Positions 51,984 to 64,000 of a DNA stretch of 64,000 bases are shown one piece after another. Position 1 is the first letter of the stretch; each line of letters starts with the position of its first letter. Both the position numbers and the translations under genes were made by a program. The notes beneath the pieces are model-generated. The model worked only from the letters and a program-made list of their open reading frames with translations, was not told where the DNA came from and made no database searches. Location: the NCBI GenBank assembly GCA_028534125.1, contig CM052816.1:31188001-31252000 (forward strand), written 5' to 3'. This DNA is from Lama glama. Lineage: Eukaryota.

Positions 51984-54062
51984 CTGTATACAGAAGCAAA
52001 TAAAAGAAAAAGAAAATGTACAACTCAGGTGTAGCTCATTAAAAAACACTAAAAATGGAGGACAATGATAAGAGATTTTCATATAACAAGCTTAGAGACC
52101 AGATGGTAGTTGGAATTGGTATGGAATGATTACTTTGAAATACTAATCTATAAAGAGAAAACAGTTGACACATTAAAAAAATACAGTGAATACATGCAAT
52201 GATAACAATGTAAAGATTAAAATACAAATTAACCTGTACTACATTGACATCACACACAATATTCAAGTGACAAAGCCCATCTTCACCTTTATCTTTATTT
52301 AACTGACTTATGATATAAACATGAAGCATATTTTACATTAGCTTCCTTATCAGACATCTCTTGCAACAATCATCATAGATTTTTGGGTGTTTTTGCTTTT
52401 AAAATGTCACTTAATATCAGTATATGCTGTGAAATAAAAAATGAAAGTAATAAATCATGTTTGTTTAATTTCTTAGGGCTAAACTCTTAAAAAATTTCAA
52501 AACAATAGTTTATTAAAATTGTTTTTTTAATTGTGGAGGCTCTTTTAAACTTTTCTAGAAAAGTTCTAGAAAATTAAAAAAATAAAATCAGGCTTTCAAA
52601 GTGGAAGCCTCAATCCAAAGAGAATGGTTCGGCCTAAAAATGAAACTGCTAGAAGAGGATCAATCTAACCCCTCAATGCATTAGTGAAAATATAATGATT
52701 AAAATATGTTGCCATATAAAGTAGATTCAACATATGTTCCGTTCACAGTATGCAAATTTAGAGAAAGAATAGGATAAATGCGAAAGGTAGCATATATAAA
52801 TAAATAAAGCTTCAAATTTCCAGTAGCATTAGTGTACAATATTTGGCTTTCATGTCAGTAGGAAAATTTATAATTTGTGAAATAATTTTGAGAGGAAATT
52901 GGCTTAAAAATAAAAGGAAAATGCATACATATCACTTTTTTCAAATAGCTACATCAACAATCTTCATATTTTTAAGGGTTAATTTATATACCAGTTAGAC
53001 TTCATCACTTTTTATTCAGGTTATATAATACAGTATAGCCAACGAACACGTCTGAATTCAGTGCATACATCATCTTGCACAAAAGCAATTAACTAACAAA
53101 AATCTTCCACTTTGCTTAGATTACATATATGAGACAATGTCCATGTAATTAGAAAGATCAGTTTTAAAGTCCCTTTTTGTAATTTCAGGGGTTTTTTTTC
53201 CTTATGTAATCCTACCTCTTTTGTTAATTAAAACAATAATAATAATAAAGCTGTTACCTGAGAAAAATCTTGAATGATACAAAATAGGCCAGTGTAAACT
53301 ATTTGCTGAATAAAGGATACAAACATTGTTAAGCAATGAAATAAAAGCCATGGATTATCAAGTCAGAATTTGAAATAATAGAAAAATGAGTAAAATAGTA
53401 TTAATAATACATATGGTCCACACAGGCAATGATAAGGGTGATATGGATGAAAAACTCCATACCCAAAATGACTGAATAGGGCTGGAGAATTCATTTTTAT
53501 ACTTTAATGGAGGTTAGTGGTTTTTGATGTATAACTAAAAATCTGACTGACCTCTACATTTATACCTACCTGAAGCAATGGAGTTTTTGTTATACCCACT
53601 TCTCTCCAACTGCCCCCCAGAAGATGTTGGAGATATGGATGAATATTATTTAGGGTAGCATGAATCATATTCAAAAGGGTCTTTAACTTGATCTTTTCAA
53701 GTTCAGAGTTTAGCTACCAACATTTAAAATGGTTTAGAATCAGAGAAGAATCTGATTCAAAGAGCTTTACCATCTTGTAGGCTCTCCTCCTTTTACTAGG
53801 AAGTATGCTGTTTGCCAAGAGAACAAAAATTTTACAAAATTAAAGACAACCTGGAACGAACATAATTTTTCCAGGTAAAAAGATTTTCTAATTTTTCTAA
53901 TTAAAAAATCAAATCGCCACTCTTTTTTCTTTGGAATTTCCATACAGGGTACAAAATATGAGTAGACTATACTAAAGTATTGATAAGATATTTATAAATA
54001 TTTTAAAAGGCATGGATTATTAGAGGATTTTAATATTGAGAAAAAAAGAGAGAAAAGGTAAG

Positions 54063-54096
54063 GGGTGTGTGGGGGGTGTGTGTGTGTGTCTGTCTG
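54063..54096 (+). repeat. (GT)n/(GTCT)n microsatellite
   Basis: Directly visible. Confidence 0.9.
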
Positions 54097-57000
54097 TTTT
54101 ACAGGATGCTGTGGTTTACATTTACAAATAGTAAAATACGGGGTTTTTTAGTATTAAATGTCACTGTCAAGAAGCCTTCTTTTCTGTAATACTCTGTACC
54201 ATGTGAGCAGCTAAACTAAAGAATAAAAATGCATCCTGTTAAATTTTGTTAGATTAAGTAGTTTCTTTGTGACCACAGATGGTGTTGACTGTTGGCTGCT
54301 AATGAGAATACATAAAGTCAATATAACAATTGATTTAAGTAGCATATATATGCCAAATTCTTATTATGTAAAACCAAAAGAAGCTCTAAATATGACAAAC
54401 TACAATTCCTCTAAACATAAGCAGCAAGCCATAGACATGCAAAGGATGGTAACTATTTAGAACACGCAAATGAATTAAGAGAATCAAATTATTTCTCAAG
54501 CATGTTGAATACTTTTGGGTAGTATGTCACGAATTTAAATGACAGTAAATTAAAAAATTGTAATGTGCACTTCAGTTAAGTTTTAATTAAACTAACATTT
54601 TAAGACATCAAATTCTGTAGAATGTAAAATGTAAAGAAAAACAAGTGAAAGACTGTTGACCAGTAAGTAAATGCTTAAGTGAGCCGTCAATGTTTATATA
54701 CAAAAACTCAGGGCTTAAAAAAAAAAAAGACTTCATATTACTTAGGTCATTAACACCAGAGCTTCTATAAAACACATTTCATTTTCAGACTTTCATGAAA
54801 GTGAAGTCTGGAATATTTTTATTAAAGAATAATATGTAAAAGAAGTAATTTGCCATTAGGAAATCAGTTTCCCAACACAAAATATAAAGTAATTTTCATC
54901 TTAGTTTTTTTTTTTTTCACTAAGATATACGCCAAACAAGATAGCTTCTACTACCACAATTTTTTTGAACACTACAATTTCCAGAAATTAAGTTTACCTA
55001 ATTTGTTAGTAGTATGTATAATTTAAAATGTAAAAATAAGATATTTCTGACAATACAACATAGTTCTTATAGATTTAAGATCACACAGTTGACATAAAAC
55101 AGAAATAAAAAGAATGAAAGCCTACTGGAGAAATAACTTGTTTCCATCTATGCTGTTATACTCAAGCACCACCATGGCAGGTAAACCGCGAGCAACTCCA
55201 CTAACAAAAACAAATACATGAATCTAAAGCAGTTAAGAGTATGAATCTGGTGGACAAATGAAGTACAGTATATAAAAGAATGATCATGTTTTCTCTCCCA
55301 TGAGATTAAATAAATTAACAGAATTAAGAGAAAGAAAACAAAATGAAGTCTGCAAGTATACCAAAATGAGGCCAAACAGATAGAAGACTTATACAGACAT
55401 ACTCTCAGAAATTTCAAGCACTTGAATCACAAAGATAATAATGGATGGATATGATTTGTTTTTTATTTTGTTTTTAAATTGCCAGACCCAAAAATAAACA
55501 AAATATGTGCAAGCAAAACTGAAAAAGCAGCATTACTAAAATATATTTCAAAGAATCTGAAGGCTCCCTTTTCCTCATGCATCAAGCAATTAGCTTTCTT
55601 GAAGGGAAAAGGAAAGAACCTAGATATTTATTTCCTCTAACACACAAAATACCATTCTACCATCTTAAAATGCTATTTCAAGCTTGAAATACAGCATAAT
55701 AAGACGGTAGTTGGAATAATTTGTACATACTAAAACCTTTACCCACCCTTCCTGCTGGAAGTTGCTATATGCACATTCATAATTTTGACCTAACAGCAAA
55801 GTGAAAGAACATCAACATTAATAAACACAGTATTAAATGGTTTCAGACTCAAAATTGTTAACAAAATAATGGCAGGTTTTGAAAGAATGTTTTGAGCAAG
55901 ACAGAAAATATCAATATTTTAATTTCTGAATTCAAGGCAGACTAACTTTTAAGCTGGGAACAATCTTGCTCTTTGCTTTAAAGGCAGTGCTTTAATACTG
56001 CAATTATAAACACATTAGAAATGCTTATGACAGACAGTGCTTTCTTTAGTGAGCAAGAACTATGGCATTTTATGAAAAATTTTTATCAAAATCAGACTAT
56101 TTTAAACATTTTAAACCTTTTAATATTAGACATTTTTATATAACCTTAAATTACAGTTTTAATTTCTAGCATAGGATTTGCCTGTGTGAAATAAATATAG
56201 CAGACTGATGCCATTTATGGATTTAATGTAATTCATTTTGACCATTACAAGCGACCTCAGGGGTCCTCACTATAATTTTGAAGAAAAGACTAACTGCGTG
56301 TCAAGGCAGAGGGGCAGAACCAACTCACAAGATGACTTTTCAACATCTGTATCTCAGGGACACTTTTCTTGTTCTCTATTTTTTAAAATTGGATACTTCA
56401 TTAAAAAAAAAAAGCAAATTACTAGTTCAAGTGATGGAAGTTAAAAGACCCAAGTGGTTGATGGTTCTTTGCTAGAAAACAGCAATTTAACATAAATTAA
56501 AGACTAGAACATAGAAATTGGCAGTGATTGGAATCAACAGAGTAAATGAGACCATTACGTATTTTCTCCTCCAGGGATAAAGTAATACGGACGTAGGGAC
56601 CAAAAGTGGTATTCCCAGCTTCATGATACACAACCCACAATCTCAGGATAAGGAACTGTAAAGCCACCTGTATGTTACTGCTTCTTAAACACATCCAGAA
56701 AGTAATAATTTAGTGTCTAAAAAGCAAAGCCAAATCCTCAGAGGCATTTTTCTAATTAGTAAAATGGTTAATCTAACTTAAGTTTATATATTTTTCTTCC
56801 TCCATGGGACTCAATAAAGTATTTTCATTCTGAAATTTTTAAATAGAGGTATTAAACATTTTCATTTTTCCTTAAATGGCTTTGTACAAAAAAGTTGTTC
56901 ATCAACATCTACATGGAAATATTCAAAAAGTAATTCACACAGTTAGCTTCTGGTATGAAAAATGCACAGGAAATATCAGAGAAAATTTAGTAAGGTTAGG

Positions 57001-57856
57001 AGTCTTTTAAAAGCATTTCTAATTTTTGCCAATATACTTTGTAAAAATTTTCAAGGTTTGTAATATTTTATTGAGTCTTATTATGACATGTTTGGATGTC
57101 AGAAGGTTGCTACAGTGGAAATCCATTTTATTTTGGTCAATACATTTAATTCCATGTTTTAGAGCATTTAATTTAATTTTACTAAGATTTCTGATCTTAC
57201 TTTTCCTTGGCTACTTTTAATATGCAAGTGTTAGTCAAAACTGTAAAAGCAATGCTGTTAAGACTTTGGAACTGAAAACTATTATGAGGAGGCAGGGGGA
57301 GAGGGGAGGAGGACTATTTAACAGTTATTATTCTAAGCCTTCAGTGCTTCCCACTTTGCATGCAAATCTCTAAAGGCTCAGCTTTTGGTTTTTATAATTC
57401 ACAGCTTCCAAAACCCAGCAGGCAATTTTAACGTTAAATCCTAATTTAGAAAGATGGGAAACAAATACCTATGAGAGTTAAATTAATATTGGTTCTGCCA
57501 TATGATGCTCAAAATAAACACTAATTTATATACAAAGTAAACTGTCATTTCAACAAATGCAATTTGTCAGTTAAATGACAATGTTTAAAAAAAAACAAAA
57601 AATTTAAACTTTCCTTTTACAATGCAGGCAGACAAAACAGAACAAACATGACATCAATGATATACTAGTAAAATACACTAAGTCCAATAAAAGATGAATA
57701 AACTACAAGGAGAAACTAGAATGGAAAATAGGCTACAGGGACTATATGGGTTCATTAACACAAAGAATTTTTGAGTCTGGCCTAAATAATTAATTGCCTT
57801 TGACATCATTTTGCTTTCCCTTTGTTAAAGTACATTTGTCTCAAAGTCAGCAATAC

Positions 57857-57897
57857 CTTGTCTACCTGTCCTGTCTGGGAGATTGAAAGATAAAGGT
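57857..57897 (-). CDS. AP3S1: Candidate alternative AP3S1 exon (41 nt) encoding TFIFQSPRQDR* (stop 57862-57864)
   Basis: Acceptor ctctttccattcttctctcttacag|ACC, donor CAAG|gtattg, phase 0 compatible with the upstream exon. Confidence 0.7.
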
Positions 57898-60800
57898 CTG
57901 TAAGAGAGAAGAATGGAAAGAGCTAGAAAGATCAGGATGTTCGGAAAAAAAAGAGGACTGACTTTTAAAAAGTAGTGACTAAATTCAGACCCATTTATTC
58001 ATCTTGAAAATCACATGAAATATATAAAAGCTAGTAAATCTCCCCATCCCCACCCCTCTCCACCCCCAGGGAGCCCTTTTATCCTTAGGCAGACTCCTGA
58101 GTGCCTCTGACACCTTCCCCAAATCCCACCAACATCCCAGCTAAAACCCTCCTTTCCCAAGATCCCAATGTTATAGTAAACCATTTATCTATCAAAGCAG
58201 GATAGATAAAAATATATTCAGAGTGTATCTTTGCTTTTCCTCTCTTTAAAGATCTGGGTGACCTTTGCTTCTATTTGTCTAGGTATTGGGAATTAAACTG
58301 GTTCACTTCTGACTATTACTGGAAATATACTACTTTTAATGACAAAATAATCTGTTCGATTTCTGATAAAGGCACCTCGATAGATCCATGCTTTATTTTA
58401 AAAACTGTAGTTTAATTACATGCAGGCTTTTAAAAAGATAAATGACATTCTAAATATTACTTAATTTTTAAAATATGATAAACAGGTCTTCACCATTATG
58501 GTATTCTGGATTTTAATTAAGATTTTCTCAGTAAATTTTTGCTTACATAATACATATTAACTAAAATTTAATAAGAGTAAGATAGATAAAAGCTTATATT
58601 TTGCTCTCAAATTACTTTGGATTCTTCTGCAGTTTTTATATTTGGTAAATATAAGTTTAACATGGAAATGCAACTCATATTAAAACTTTTGACAATTCAA
58701 TGTGCCTAGAATAAAGCTGGAAGCTTTCCAAACATACTTAAAATATATGAAAATTACTGAAAAAATTACACATTATTTTCAACACAATTTCTTAAAGTAT
58801 GATCAGAACAAAATGGCTTCATTTTGACTCAAATTTCTATTTTATAAGTAAAATATTAGCAGACATCACATATAGAGAAACACTTGATAAACATATAATA
58901 TTGTGTTTGTCTCCATCAGATTTAAAACATACTTTTTTATAAAAGAGAAAAAGAAAAACTAATTTGGTAGCAAATAACAATCGACTATATATATTAAAAG
59001 ATGATCAGTGGATGAAGAACAGAGTATTCACCAGTATTCAAAAACATTTTAAACAGCGTAGTTTGGGTGAAAGGACTTCTTTTAAGTTATAGCATTCTTA
59101 TAACTATTTCTGTTGAAAGTGTAAATTATGTATTTTACTGCTCTTTATAGATAAGAAAAACTGCCTCATTAACAAAATTTTACTAGACAATCAAAAAGCA
59201 AATATTATGTAATTATTGTAAGTCCTTCATGACTTCTGTCAATATTACATACAGCAAACTAAAGAGGGGAAAAAAGGGTGGAATCACCAATGGAAAGGAG
59301 TTAAATACCCGGAAATGTGAAAATTCCAGACCAGAGGTTGATATATTTTTACAGATGACTACACAGAATTCACAAATTACCACATATCCACTCACTTTAG
59401 GTTGATTATTAATGGATTTTATCACTGTTTGTCTCTTGGCCTTTAAAATCTATATCCATAGTTTTGTAAAGTACGGTTTAACAGATTACATAAAATTCAA
59501 GTTATCATTTTAAGACTTTAAAACTATCGCTTAGAGTTTATAGTAAATCTTTTACCATACTGAACAATATATTGTAAGCCAACTCTACTAAATAAATAAT
59601 CTGAGCCCTTTCCTTCACCCTAAAACAAAATTTTCTCTGTTAGTCTAGTTTGCGTTCCCTTTTCAAAAACCAGTATTTAAAAAATTGGCTGTCGAATACA
59701 CAAAATATATACAGTTATTTAAAGGAGTCATGATTTTAAGCTCTTCACCATGACAGGCCTCTCCTTGAGAAACCAACAGGGATGATAAATTGAGATAAGG
59801 AGAAATGCAGGACTATTTTAATTTAAAATAGAACATGAGAAAATGTCTTTCTATAAAGCTTCAACTGTTTCTATCCCTCAGACCTTAGATTTATCCACCA
59901 TCCTGTGTTTCATTAAATTCCAGTGAGCACAGCACTCTGTTAAACTGATCCTTTAAAGTACTAACAAGATAAAAATTCTTCGGAACTCACCTGTTTTAAA
60001 TTAATGCTAGCATAGTTTTAATAACTTGCTGCTCCTATAGAAATATTTACTTTAAATCAACCAGATACCTATACAAATAATTATAAATAAAATTAGTTGT
60101 CTAAACCGAGTTATGACTATAAATATCCAAAGGTAAGAGTATCTTCAAACAAGTATAGTGTTAAATGAGATATTGAGACTATTCATCTTTCTAAATTTCT
60201 GCCGTAGTAGTAAGAAGCAACCAAAATAATGTTAACTTGAGTGGCTCAGCTACAGCATCTGTTAATTGATATTCAGCCTAGTAATTGAGAGAAGAGTCAT
60301 AAAATTCTAAAGTAGAGTTTTATACAATGCTGCCATGCTGATTAGTCCTCATTCACTAAATCTAACAGCACAAAGTTAGCTGTGTATAACTAATTAATTT
60401 TTCTCTCCACAATAAAAGCCATGAATACATGTATTACTGTGTAAAATATATGCTTTAGCTAACTTGTCAATGACCTTTGGGAAGGATCCAGAATTAAAAG
60501 ATTAATGCATTGAATTTCTTTTTTCAACGTGCACTCAGGCTTGCTAAGCACCTATTATAACATGTCTTTCTCATGAGAATTCCATTTCTTCTTTGCTTTT
60601 TCAGAAATAGTTTTTATAATACTAAATTTATATGTTTAAAACAATCAGTTCTAAGACTTCCTTGATAATTACTAAGGTTTAATAATAAATATTAATTTCA
60701 TTATTCAAGTAAATAATATTTTTTAAGCAATAAGAATTTGGAATTGTATTTATTGACCCAAGGCAATTACAACTGTGGCTAAAAGAATACACAAAATTCT

Positions 60801-60992
60801 CTGGTGGATAGTGGTCATAGAACATTTAACATATTAAAATGTGTATATTTCATTTTTTTTAAAAAAGCTGAAAAAGCATACCAGCTGTACCTAAAGGGTG
60901 ATACTGAAGGACAAACAGTGAAAGCTACAAATCATGCATAATTTATGACCATGCTTACTACCTTCATTAACTAGGGCATTTTCCATTCTTAC

Positions 60993-61100
60993 CTCGGACT
61001 TCTCCAGTTTATTCTGTGCATCAATTTGTGTAACAATCTCATTCATGTTGGTCTCCAATACCATTCCCCCCATCACCATTTCTGCAAGAATATTGTGTAC
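60993..61100 (-). CDS. AP3S1: AP-3 complex subunit sigma-1, penultimate coding exon (108 nt)
   Basis: ttttcctttag|GTA...GAG|gtaaga; encodes VHNILAEMVMGGMVLETNMNEIVTQIDAQNKLEKSE, phase 0/0, in frame with the last exon. Confidence 0.97.
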
Positions 61101-61214
61101 CTAAAGGAAAATACAATATACATCCATAAAGAGAATTCACCATAAGAACATTAATGATTCCAGTAATTTTTGTTTCAAATATTGCTGTGTCTATTTTATG
61201 AGCTGTAAAATAAA

Positions 61215-61425
61215 AGTAATTTGGAGTGAAGGTTCATAATATACTTCTGTCACTACTGTGAAGCCTTAGGCAAATTATACAAACCCTCTTTAAATCCTAG
61301 TTTAACAAGCTGTAAAACAGAGATAATAATAGTACCTCCTTCACAGATTGCTGAAAGGAGTAAGGTCAACCACAGAAATTCCCAAAATAAAGAAAATAAC
61401 CAATAAACATTAGCTACCATTATTA
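61215..61425 (+). mobile_element. MIR SINE (intronic)
   Basis: ccttaggcaaattatac...ctgtaaaacagagataataatagtacctccttcacagattg. Confidence 0.75.
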
Positions 61426-61809
61426 TAGTATCAAGTCAAGGTGCAAAAAATTCCCTATAGGGTCTTTTATACCAGATTCCTAGTCAATATTAAGTTGTCT
61501 TGTGCTCAAGGTACTTAATGAAGCTACATGGCATTACTACAAGCTCTAGATTTAAAATGAAGTAAAATTTTCTTTTTATGATACTTTAATTATGCTTTTA
61601 CCCCAAAGCCTTCTCTATGTATCTAATTACTCAGATTTTTTATCATCAAATATATCCTGCATTGACTAAAAATAACTTTTTCCACTGAGAAGAAAACTAT
61701 AACCCAGGTGTTTTGTCATAAGTTATTTACTTGATCAAAAATTACCATTTCAAAGCTGAATTGGGCGCCAAAGAACAGCACACTGTGGTATAATTAAAAA
61801 AATAATAAT

Positions 61810-62012
61810 GTGGTGGCATTAGGAATGGAGACTCTGAAATGAGACAGGTATAAATACTGACTCTACCACTTACAAGCTGTATGCCCTTCAGTAGTTAGTT
61901 ACTTGATCTCTGTTACCTTGTCTATAAAACAGATAGAAATAGTATAGGCATCTTATAGAGTTATCACAAGAATTAAATAATTCATGTAAAGTACATAGCA
62001 CAGTACCCAATA
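61810..62012 (+). mobile_element. MIR SINE (intronic)
   Basis: ctctaccacttacaagctgtatgccctt...catgtaaagtacatagcacagtacc. Confidence 0.75.
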
Positions 62013-64000
62013 GGCTTTAAACAAAAACTTTTTTTGATTAAATATCTAATTATACTATTCAATTGTAATTCCTCTTTAAAATTTCATGCAAATGTACTCA
62101 TGATTTTTAAATATCCTATCATTATTTACTAATGTTTCATTTTGGAAAGATGGACACTTCACATACCAATTTTGAAGAATTATAGAATTTTTCCCTAACA
62201 AACAAAACAAAACCACAAGCCACAATTATTTTAAAAATTAGTGCTAAAAATCATCAGTTAATATATTATCCTTTCTGTCACTAGATACTGTTTATTAAAA
62301 CTCTATTTTGATGCTGTATTTAAATATCTAATTTAATTATCACATTAACCTATTTCAGCTGAGAGAATAAACCAGCTTACTAAAAACACATAAGCTAGTA
62401 TGTGGCAAACCAATGACTCAAACCTAAATCTGAGTGATCCAAGTCCAATTCTTTGCTTTCTTCTGTTAACAATAATAAATGGAATTGATGCAGTGAATTA
62501 ATTTTTAGTCATAATCTAAGAAAATTCAATTAAAGGTCAAAAAGGCAACTAGGTGATAAAATAAAATCCTTATAATAGCTAATAGGTACTATATACAGAA
62601 AAAGTGTTCAGAAAGAGAGCCCATGGCCAGGGGATAGAAATTCATTAAAACTTCTGTTCTAGCAGTGGAATTTCCTCTCTTCTTTTTAAAACAAACTCTC
62701 ATGAGAAAATATGATTTCTAATGCTGATAAAAGTGGAGTAACTCCATCACCCCCCCTTTTCTCAGGCTTTCTTATGGGTTCATCCCTATATATACTGTAC
62801 TACTGTCTTTCCAAATATCTCAGAACACAAGCACTAGATTGGTGGAAACCATAGTTTCTATATTATTGAAACATTTACCAAGTTTAGAGGTAGCAAAGTA
62901 TGAGGAGCCTACAAATGTGGGTCATACGCAAGAAATTCTAAGACTGTGTATCAATTTAAGAGGTAAGAACCAGGATGTAAATTTGTCCTCAAAGTAAAAA
63001 TAATTTCTATGAAAGCAAATTGAGATCCAAAAAGAGACAGAAAACACAAGTGAAGGGCCTGTGAGCTAAATCCTTAAACATAATCTCACTTATGATTAAG
63101 ATTAATGCCGAAAGACTGTATTCTCAGTGAGGAGGTGCTACACATTATGTAGAAATTTAAGGAGATAAATAGAATGGGAATGAGAATTGTTAATTGGGAG
63201 GCTACTCCAATATTATCAAGGTTATGGTGTCCAAAAGTAAGGAATGCCACATGAGGAGAGGAAACTTAGAAGATGAATATATCTAGTGATAGAAAAACTC
63301 ATTTTCAAGAGTTGAGAAGAATTTTTGTCAGACTTAAGAGAAAGAGGATGATAAAAGCTGTTTTTAGCTTAGTTTTAATGCATATGGCTGACATATTTCC
63401 ATATTTTGTTTTATAAACTTTACTTAAAACAGATTTTGATGGAAATAAAAGAGTACCAGTATGCTAATAATACAACTCATCTACTAAATAAACTGCTTTA
63501 ATGTTCACCTAAAATAAGAATTCAATGAATTTTTACTCTCCTTTTATTTAAGTGTTTAAAAAGTAGCAAATACCACATTAACAAGATATTTTTGCTTTTT
63601 AAAAAAATATATATGCTCTATCTACTCAACCACACAGCTTCTTCTGGACATAGACCACAACCTCTAAATTGCAATATAAGCCATACAGAAACTTGTATAT
63701 AAACAATAATAGTGTCTACAATCCTCTGTGTCTGTTATTAGGTCCCTTTAACCAAAGATAATCACAGTTAATTGTATCTTATATATCCTTCCAGAAAACT
63801 TGTTATGCACGTATTTGTTATATGCATGTGTATATGTATCTAATACACACAAATGAGATCACATTGTATATGTTATTTCCACAGTTCTACAAGAAAATAA
63901 AAGAATGGACTTAAAGTTGGAGGCAGGAAAAAATCAGCATGTGAGTTAATAAAAGATGGTGGAGTCAGATGTACGTATAAGGATGATCAATGAAACTCTG

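Noticed and set aside
51984..52082. N-terminal part of ORF 51855..52082 as coding
   Set aside because: Intronic read-through upstream of the acceptor at 51983
56497..56694. Further AP3S1 alternative exon (VALQFLILRLW...)
   Set aside because: Acceptor lacks a pyrimidine tract and the donor is weak
60891..60992. C-terminal part of ORF 60891..61079 as coding
   Set aside because: Read-through past the strong GAG|gtaaga donor; no evidence of intron retention

Overview
Mammalian genomic DNA, most likely camelid, judging from a vic-1-type tRNA-derived SINE at ~18.2 kb and artiodactyl-type L1 3' ends. The only recognisable protein-coding gene is the 3' end of AP3S1 (AP-3 sigma-3A) on the minus strand: penultimate coding exon 60993-61100, last coding exon 51855-51983, polyA signal 51279-51284. 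Positions 1-51 kb are downstream intergenic sequence; human synteny would put LVRN beyond the left edge, and no LVRN sequence was seen. This part is dominated by ERVL/MaLR LTR elements, L1, L2, MIR and hAT/Tigger remnants. Best observations: (i) a 41-nt cassette exon in the last AP3S1 intron that would replace the sigma-3 tail with TFIFQSPRQDR*; (ii) a weaker 75-nt cassette candidate; (iii) an NF-kB/STAT/E-box motif cluster at ~28.1-28.4 kb; (iv) an MLT2 inverted repeat downstream of the polyA site; (v) possible decayed exons at 16.7-17.8 kb. I found no convincing novel multi-gene system. Repeat boundaries and subfamily names were assigned by eye and are approximate.
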